Position numbers and translations under genes: made by a program. The notes beneath the pieces are model-generated. The model saw only the letters and a program-made list of their open reading frames with translations. It made no database searches and was not told the origin of the DNA. From contig JBOZIK010000001.1 of the NCBI GenBank assembly GCA_051453625.1, positions 21,549,584-21,569,583 of the forward strand: 20,000 nt of DNA, written 5' to 3'. Origin of the DNA: Welwitschia mirabilis. Its lineage: Eukaryota. Shown here piece after piece: positions 12,173-20,000 of this stretch (within the stretch, counting starts at the first letter, position 1; the number at the start of each line of letters is the position of its first letter).

Positions 12173-13220
12173 TTATTTGATGGGGTTTTATATGCTATTT
12201 TATAAGACTTTTATATAGGTTTAGGTGCAATTCTAATGATTTTGAAGATACAAGAATAAATCTAAAAAAAGTGCAATTCTTATTTAAATTTGATGCATTA
12301 AAGGAACTTTTCGATGCACATTGATTTGAAAAAGGATTATTGATAAAAATGCTGGATTCTTCTCAAGAAAATAATCAAAGAAGAATTTTGTCCCCTTCAT
12401 CATCCCCATGATAGGTAGGATGACACTCTGCTAATGTGAACTGCTAAGTTAGCATTTTAGGAATATTCTATAACATACTATCATTCCCATAGTCATTTGG
12501 ATGATAGCCGGCATGACACTTTCATGTAACTAACTCAAACAAGATTTCCTTAATCATTTAGTCCATCTTTGAGTCATTAATAAGCATGCCTAACTGCACC
12601 AAATGTCTATCCTTATCTACTATATTTCCTTATAAATAAGTCCCCCTTTTACTTTCTTTATCATCTTGGTTGCACTGGACATTCTTATGATGGGAGATCG
12701 AAGGGCGAATATCCATCTTGAGTGTTGTAGAAAGATGTGCACTTGATGGAGGGCTATGTATCTTCTATTAAGACCTGGCTATTTTGTAACCTAGATGAAT
12801 GTTACTCTTTTAATACAAAAACATTGTTTTATTTTTATGATTACATGTTAGATTTTCTTATAACCCTATAGTATATGTTAACCTTGATCTCGTGATAATT
12901 TCTTGGGTGATATAGATTATCAAGGGCAGCCTTTGTTAAGGCTGAAAGCAAATAGTATTAAATTCATTTTGCATTTGCATTTAGAATAGCCGTGTTTTAC
13001 ATTCTGCATTATATCTTTACTTCCTTGTATTGTTAGTTATTTTCTAGTTCTTCTTATTCTACAAAGCAACCTAAGTCTCATCTCATATACTTTAATGAGA
13101 CATGACATTTTGGTTCTACTCCCATTATATTAGTGTGTTGTATTATGTGAGATAATTATTTATTTTAGTATTGACAGAATCCTTTGAGCTTAAGAACTCA
13201 CACAAATACACATCACAATA
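12173..13220 (+). repeat. 5' LTR of B (first ~21 bp hidden in the gap)
   Basis: 12173 aligns with 18188 and the two LTRs are colinear throughout. It ends catcacaata (decayed CATCACAACA) just before the PBS. Confidence 0.92.
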
Positions 13221-13223
13221 AAT

Positions 13224-13241
13224 TGACACCATTATCGAGGA
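13224..13241 (+). other. Decayed primer binding site, tRNA-Asp type (Athila signature)
   Basis: TGACACCATTATCGAGGA matches the canonical Athila TGGCGCCGTTGCCGGGGA at 12/18 positions. All 6 differences are G>A or C>T. It lies 3 nt after the LTR end. Confidence 0.8.
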
Positions 13242-13899
13242 AGGCTATTGAGGAGTATAAGGGTTATTGTCATTTAGATAAGTACATCAACCTTTGTCTA
13301 TGTGGTGTTATATTTGTAGGAGTTGTAAGTTTTCTGTGTGTAGTTTTTTAATTTTAGTTTTTTTTAATTTTAATTTTCTATAAAAAAGTGTGGTCATCCC
13401 CTCTGTCATCCCCACGATAGTCAAGATGATAGTGTGTTATTTTTGTCTTCGATTTTATTTTTGGATTTCTAATTTTTTCTATAATAAATTAGTTTCTGTT
13501 GTCTTCTATGACATTTGGATGATTAAGTGGATGATAATCCTATTTCTTACGTTTTTGTCTTTCTATTTTTAGTTTTGGTTCTATTTCTATTTTTCTAGTT
13601 AGAATGACAGTCTATTATTTTTGATCTATTTTCTATTGTTTGCTATTTTCAAGATGCTGTAATATGGTCAAATTAGAGAAGAAATATCTAAGAAAAAGTA
13701 GCTAATAGAAAAGAATATCAAAAAAGGACTGATAAACATAGAAAAAGAGTTAGAAGAAAAATCTCTAAGTGCACTCTATCCTCCTTCTGAATTTATTTTT
13801 TCTAAATTTGATTTCCTTAATGGAAAACATATAAAAGGGAGAATCAAATCACAATGTCAAGTGATTCTCGAAAACAAAAATAAGTTGTAGGATATTCTA

Positions 13900-15300
13900 C
13901 CTCTAATGAAAACTTTACCTTGAGGGACTTATTAGCAAATAAGAAAAGAGAAATTCAAACACCTTTTGAACTATCCCTAGGAGATGATGTAGAACTTAAA
14001 AATTTACATGCCTATTCAACTTTTAGTGGAGAAGATGATGAGGATACCATTCAACATATTAGAGATACTGAACAACTTATCCTCACCTTGGGAAATGGAA
14101 AGAAAAAAATAACAAATAGAACATATAGGATAATCTTTTCCATGACATTAAAGAATAGGACAAAACTTTGGCTAAATACTATACCCTATAAAAGCTTAAA
14201 AACATGGGATCAAGTCCAGAAAATCTTTGTAAAAAGATTCATGAGTGAANNNNNNNNNNNNNNNNNNNNNNNNNNNNNNNNNNNCTTCTAACAAAAACTA
14301 AATGAATATTACACCTCTACTTTTGAACTTTTCTCTATAGCAGTCCACTCTAATCCAATAGATGCCTTTTCAAGAGTAGGAAAACTAAACTACTTTTATA
14401 GTGAATTGACTCTTCATATAAAACAACTTGTAGATTTTTCTTATGATAGAAACCTCATGAATCTTACTTTAAAAGAGGGCTAGGAAAAATAGAAGAACTT
14501 GTGGAGGTTAGTAAAACTTGGTTAATACCTAAAAAAAATCAAACGATAGGCCAACTTATGATTTATATGAGAACAACTATCATGTCATTAAAAACCATCT
14601 TCTTCTACCAACTTATAAAGAAATAATTCATGAAGAAGTTTGTGCTTTCAATCAACCATCTCAAAACTTCCGAAATCAGGTATAACCTAAGTTGAACACA
14701 TATTTCTAAAATAATTCTCAACCTTTTAGAAACCAACTAAAAAAAAAAATACATATCATCAACCAAGTTCATCTAACTTTCAAGATTAAAATGATCAACT
14801 TAGAAACTTTTTAGATGAAATGAAAAGAACACAAGAAAAAACAAATGCCAAAATAGATAACTTAATAAATGTCCTTCAACAAACAAATTTGGCAAACCAA
14901 AAATCTTAAAGAGCTTTACCTATTCAACCTTTACCCAACCCAAATGAACTAAGAAGAGATTGTAAGATTGTGACAAGAAGTGGATAAGAAACAAACCATC
15001 CTCCATGTAAACCTTCCACCTTCAATAATAATAAAGAAGAAGAGGAAGATAACATTGAGATTTTAAATAATTACAAATTTCCTTCTCTTAGTAAAAAGAA
15101 AAAGAAAAGTCCTTCTACCTCTTGGCTTAATAGGATTAACAACAATTGAAGTTTTAATGATCATTTAAAAGACTTGATGAAAAAAGTAAGTAAAAACTGA
15201 CCATTTTGGAAAGTTTTACAAGAAAATCTAGGGTACTAAAAACTATGGAAAGACTTAATTAAAGGAAAACAAAAATGAGTCATCCCTAGTAAGTCTTTCT
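13900..15300 (+). pseudogene. gag: Degenerate Athila-type Gag (retrotransposon capsid)
   Basis: TFSGEDDEDTIQHIRDTEQL...RIIFSMTLKNRTKLWLNTIPYKSLKTWDQVQKIFVKRF, and after the gap F*QKLNE...LNYFYSELTLHIKQLVDFSYDRNLMNLT...W, match the Athila Gag pattern. The frame may begin near 13650. Many stops. Confidence 0.88.
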
Positions 15301-15319
15301 TGCCCAATCCCTCACGAAT

Positions 15320-15810
15320 TTAATGTTACAAAAATCACTAAAATTTAAATATCCAGGAGTAGCTATAGTGAATGTTACTATAGAAATAAAAAGATAAGAA
15401 AAGACTCGATTGACATTGGAGAGAGTGTTAACATTATGCCAATTTACATTTGTAAGATACTTAGTTTGGAGGATAGAATAGAGCCTACTTCGGTTGTCTT
15501 AGAATTAGTAGATACATCAGTTAAGAAACTGTTAAGCATCATTAAAGATTTGGGAATTAAAATAGAAGAGGCTTGCTACCCCATTGATGTGATTATCATA
15601 GAAGTTGAGCATAAAACAGGATATCTTTTACTTCTAGGTAAATCCTTTTGCACAACCACCTACTGCATAATTGATACAAGACTAGGAATAATGAAATATC
15701 ACTTTGAAAATAGAATGTTTACTATTAGAGTATTTAATACAACTAAGAAAGATTTGGATGATGATGAAATAAACATTGAAAACAATATTAAACCAACTTT
15801 GTTCCTATAA
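15320..15810 (+). pseudogene. Degenerate retrotransposon aspartic protease
   Basis: KFKYPG..IVNVTI...IDIGESVNIMP (compare DLGASVNLMP), then LELVDTSVKK..IIKD...YPIDVIII...LLLGKSF...CIID, the Athila protease pattern. Confidence 0.88.
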
Positions 15811-17024
15811 CATCACCCACTTAAAGAAAGAGAGATGAAATCAAATGAGTATATCCTTTGTAATGACTAACTTAAGAAAAAATAAGAAATACAACCTTTA
15901 GAGTGTAAGGAAGCCCAACTTTTCAAGAAAAATCATGAGGGAGATTGTTCATTTCATAAATCAAAAATTAAATTTGAAAAAGAAAAATGTTCCAAGTAAA
16001 ACTTTTGCATTTCATGAAAATCTTTCACCAAAGTTACCTTTTCTCTTCCCTTTGACTTCCAAAATCTTTACTTTAATGTGGAATCATAGAGTGCTTTCCA
16101 TTAATCCTCTCTTCATCCAATTGATTTTACGTAGGAATAATTGCATATTTCTTATGTTTTATCAATTGGTGAATTTCTGGTTTGAACCTTACTTTTTTAA
16201 AAAGCTTGAGATCAATACAGATCCTTAGTTTTCTTTTCCTTTCTTTTTCAATAAAAGTGTGCTTTAGATTTAGGATTTAAATAAAAGTTTGCTTGCCTTG
16301 AAATTTTCTTTTTAGTTTTCTATTTTCAGAGTCTCTGTTTTTATTTTCTATTTTTAGTTTTTGTTTCTGTTTGTAGTTTTATTTCCTATTTTTATCATAA
16401 TAATCTATTATCTCCTTTGTTGTCCCCATGACTAGGTGGACAATAGTCAGCTTTGTAGAGTTTTCTAGATTTTTAATAAATTTTTGTATTTTTTGATAAT
16501 ATTTTATTTATCTGTCTATGTCATCCTCTCTATCATCTGGATGACGATAAGGATGACAGTCAATAAAATATTGATTTTTGTTTTCTGTTATTATAAGAAA
16601 TGCATTTTTGTGGCTCTGTTGAGCTTTCTGACTTGACTGCTTGAGAATTATAATAAGTACATGGGTAAAAATTGGAATTTCACAAGCAAACCGTCTAAAT
16701 TAGCTTTTTCCTTTGAAATATTATTATGGCATTACGTGATTGTTTTTCAAACTTTATTTATGTATTTATTTTTATAACTAGTCTTTTAACTTGGGCATTC
16801 TAGTGATAAGATTGGATTCACCCAATATTAGGACATTCACATGTCCATAAACTTCAATTGAGGAAAGATGCTTTATTTTTATGTTTTTCTTAATGGTGTA
16901 AAGGTCTTAGATTGTTTAAGGGTGTTTTTTTTCTATCTTAATCTTATAACTTTCACCTTTATCTTTTAGAGTATTTCGTCATGTGAAATGTTGTTTTATT
17001 TTTAAAAAACAATGGTTACCATAA

Positions 17025-17173
17025 TGTCCTACCACAAGTACACCAAGGTAAATATTTCTAGGAGGAGCCTTTGGTAGTAATATGGTAGCTATGGGAACTC
17101 CACTGGGAGGTCAATGGGTCATGATTCATAGGTCTTTACTTCTCTGATTGTGGTTGCAGTCCCCTCATCATGG
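17025..17173 (+). other. Conserved GC-rich non-coding block (copy 3 of 3)
   Basis: Reverse-complement homolog of 2266-2420 and 8970-9119, so it has the same orientation relative to its element. Confidence 0.6.
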
Positions 17174-18153
17174 ATAATAAAATTGTATTTAAACTTTAAG
17201 GCTAGGGGATTAGTGGTGTTCCTGGTATCATCAGAGACATTACCTATTTCCTAAAATTTTAGTCTTTCCATCTAATCATTTTATTTCTTGAGATTTGGGC
17301 CTTTTTTTTGAGATGACAGTAGGAGAGTTTATTTTTGAGTAATTATTTAGTATAATCATTCATTGTTTAAAGCATATTACTCTAGCATCATCATAATCAC
17401 TACCTTATCGAATAGAACTTTTTATATTAAGTCATGCATTTTTCACATCAAATGATGTTATAGTTTTTTCCATTGGAATTTGCTAGGTTAAAATGTTAGA
17501 TTGATGAGCTATCTTTTGTTTATGTTATCTTATGCCCATCCTTCTCATTTTCTTTTATGGTTTGGTTAGTTTTTTTTAAAAAGTTATTACCATATTTTCT
17601 TATCATGTTTGTCCTTTTTCAGTTTTTAGTTTTTAATTAAAAAATTATTTTATTTAGTTTTCTTAATAAATTTGTGATTATTTATTTTTAGATTTTTGAT
17701 GTTGTCAGNNNNNNNNNNNNNNNNNNNNNNNNNNNNNNNNNNNNNNNNNNNNNNNNNNNNNNNNNNNNNNNNNNNNNNNNNNNNNNATATATTTCACATC
17801 TGATATTACTTAGCTTTGCACTTTGCTTTGACAATTATTCTTATATCCATCACTTACTTTCTTACTCCCATTTATCTTCTTTGCTTTATCCAATATGGTA
17901 TGTGTTACTTTTTCTTTGGGGTGTAGAGACCCATTTTCATGGCTTATTTTACAAAAAATTTTAACTTAATTCAGAGCTTTTATGACATAAAAATTTTTAA
18001 AATTTGCATACACATTATGCATTACTTATTATCTATCCATGTGATGTGTTTTTATAATCCTATTTTATGATTTTCATATTTATCTTTTGAAAAATAAATT
18101 GGCTTATAATTATGGTTTTTCTGCCTGGTTTTTGTCAGAGACTGACAAATGCT

Positions 18154-18163
18154 AAGTGAGGGG
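18154..18163 (+). other. Polypurine tract of B (AAGTGAGGGG)
   Basis: Followed by CTA and then the 3' LTR, and preceded by hairpin TTTGTCAG-aga-CTGACAAA, as in A1-A3. Confidence 0.78.
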
Positions 18164-18166
18164 CTA

Positions 18167-19237
18167 TATTGCACTATCAATTTAAGGTTATTTGATAAGA
18201 TTTTATGAGATTTTTTGCAGGACTTTTATACATATTTAGGTGCAATTCTGAGGATTTTGGAGATACAAGAAGAAATCTCAAAAAAGTGTAATTTTTATCC
18301 AAATTTGATGCATTAAAGGCACTTTATTATGCACAAAGATTTGAAGAAGGATTATTGATAAAAATGCTAGTTTCTTCTCAAGTAAGTAATCAAAGAAGAC
18401 TATCATTCCCTTCATCATCCTCATGACAGGTATGACGACACTCTACTAATGTGATTGCTGAGTCAGCATTTCAAGAATATTCTATAATCTACTTTCATTT
18501 CCATAATCATCCAGACGATAGCCCAGATGACACTCTTATGCAACCAACTCAAATAAGATTCCCTTGACTATTTTGTCCATTTCTGAGTTATTGATAAACA
18601 TGTCTAATTGTACTAACTGTCTATCCTTATTTGCTATATTTTCTTATAAATAAATTCCCTTTCGATTCTCCTTATCATCTTGGTTGCACCAGACATTCTC
18701 GTGATAGGAGATCAAAAGGTAGAGATCCATCTTGAGAGTTGCAGAAAGATGTGCACTTGGTGGAGGGCTATGTATCTTCAATTGAGACCCAACTATTTTG
18801 TAACCCAGATGAATGTTACTCTTGTAATACAAAAACATTATTTTATTTTCATAATTGCATGTTATATTTTCTTATGACCCTTATAGTCTATGTTGCCCTT
18901 GATCTCGTTACAATTTCTTGGGTGATATAGATTATCAAGGGCAGCCTTTGTTAAAGCTAAAATTAAGTAGTATTAAATTCATTTTGGATTTGCATTTAGA
19001 ATAGTCACATTTTACATTCTGCATTATATCTTTATTTCCTTGCATTATTAGTTATTTTCTAATTCCTCTTATTTTACAAAGCAACCTAAGTCTCATTTAA
19101 TAGACTTCAATGAGATACGACATCTTGGGTCTAATCCCATCATACTAGTGTGTTGTATTATGTGAGATAATTATATATTTTAGTATTGAAAGAATCTTTT
19201 GAGATTAAGCACTNNNNNNNNNNTACACATCATAACA
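18167..19237 (+). repeat. 3' LTR of B (~1.07 kb)
   Basis: Starts tattgcactatcaattt (decayed TGTTGTGATGTCAATTT) and ends catcataaca. Direct repeat of 12173-13220. Confidence 0.92.
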
Positions 19238-19261
19238 TAAGTTAGGAGAGATGATTGTTCT

Positions 19262-19702
19262 TCAAGTGATGCCTGGGAGATGATTAGGATTAATAAAAAT
19301 GATTGGAAGAAGTTTGTCTAAATGAGGTGGAATCCCTAAAATATGGAGAATCTTCATCATCATTTCTATATAAGGTTTGAAAAAAATAGGGAAAAGAATA
19401 GAAGATTGAAAAGAGGAAGCAACCCAGTTCCTAATCTCAATAGCATTTTGTGTTATTCTCCCTCTTGTAAAAACTTCTTGAAGTATTTGATCATTATAAA
19501 CCTCAGAATCTTTTATGTTTCTCCTCCTTTCTACAAAGATCTCTTGAAGTGTTTTCTTACTATTGTCCTTAGCATTTTGCAAGTTTTTTCTCCTTTTAAA
19601 AAGAAGTTCTACAATGGTTTTTCTATTACTATTTATTGAAGCAAGTAAGAATAATGAAACAAAGGAATTTAATTTAAGATGGTAAGAAATATAAGTACAC
19701 AA
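19262..19702 (-). other. Unidentified 146-aa ORF with three internal 21-22 aa repeats, probably transposon-derived
   Basis: The frame stays open for 146 codons in very AT-rich DNA. Repeats are TIVELLFKRRKNLQNAKDNSK / KTLQEIFVERRRNIKDSEVYND / QILQEVFTRGRITQNAIEIRN. I recognise no family. Confidence 0.3.
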
Positions 19703-20000
19703 TGAAGATCAAGTTCTACTTTCTTTGATGTGTCATTGTTTTATCAAAATTATGGATCCTTTAGCACTAAAAAGATGTGAAATCATGGTTACCCTAATTA
19801 TTATAAAAACAATTAACATAATGAATACAAAGAAAAAGGAAAATCTAATTCTTCAATAAGAGGAAAAAAAATTCTTGGAACTTGTGTACTTGTGATGTGT
19901 ATACATGGATTACGCTTGAAGTTAAATGATCATGTGCTAATACTTTTCTTCAATTAAGCTCTGCTTCCTTTAATATTTCATCTTTTTGCTAGAATTTACT

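Larger units (their letters stand above)
12173..19237 (+). mobile_element. Element B: non-autonomous Athila-like LTR retrotransposon (gag and protease only)
   Basis: Paired LTRs, PBS at 13224-13241, gag-PR at ~13900-15810, PPT at 18154-18163. The internal region is only ~4.95 kb and has no RT, RNase H or integrase motifs. Confidence 0.9.

Noticed and set aside
8276-12218. Long ORFs in the supplied track made of X residues
   Set aside because: They are artefacts of N gaps.
15935-16228. 97-aa ORF as an independent gene
   Set aside because: No recognisable motif. It is more likely a decayed C-terminal extension of the gag-protease frame or a chance ORF.
17025-17245. Hammerhead ribozyme (retrozyme), U1/U6 snRNA, 5S rRNA (Cassandra) or cobalamin riboswitch identity for the GC-rich block
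   Set aside because: Only short chance matches exist (GGTCAATGGG to U1, AGCATGGCC to U6, CCACTGGGA). An antisense CTGATGA lacks a correctly placed GAAA and stems, and there is no Sm site or 5S A/C box pattern.
415-18533. Palindromic repeat with dissimilar spacers as a CRISPR-like array
   Set aside because: There are only 2-3 degenerate units per cluster, they sit inside plant LTRs, spacers are homologous between LTR copies, and there are no cas genes.
1-20000. Fungal RIP as the cause of transition bias
   Set aside because: Athila-type Gag, protease, integrase and the tRNA-Asp PBS indicate a plant, so methylcytosine deamination is sufficient.

Overview
AT-rich, CpG-depleted, gap-ridden draft scaffold, almost certainly from a land plant, made up nearly entirely of decayed Ty3/Gypsy LTR retrotransposons of the Athila lineage. 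I see no intact host gene, RNA gene or CRISPR array. The minus strand carries three related elements, each with a 3' LTR, PPT and non-coding 3' region. A1 (1-4148) holds an integrase pseudogene. A2 (3' LTR 4149-5493) abuts and truncates the A1 integrase, which suggests a nested insertion. A3 has a partial 3' LTR at 6264-6834 and an internal region to at least ~9745. The plus strand carries a nearly complete element B (~12173-19237) with two ~1.07 kb LTRs (about 87% identical in a 180-nt block I compared by eye), a decayed tRNA-Asp PBS, degenerate gag and protease, no RT/RNase H/integrase, and a PPT. The most interesting unexplained signals are: (i) a GC-rich, foldable ~150-nt non-coding block shared by the 3' regions of A1, A3 and B; (ii) a ~45-bp TGTCATCCC/GGGATGACA direct-plus-inverted motif present in about 17 copies; (iii) a conserved pre-PPT hairpin and an invariant second PPT-like 14-mer; and (iv) an unidentified minus-strand degenerate ORF with 21-22 aa repeats that B may have interrupted. 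All alignments were done by eye, so boundaries are approximate.
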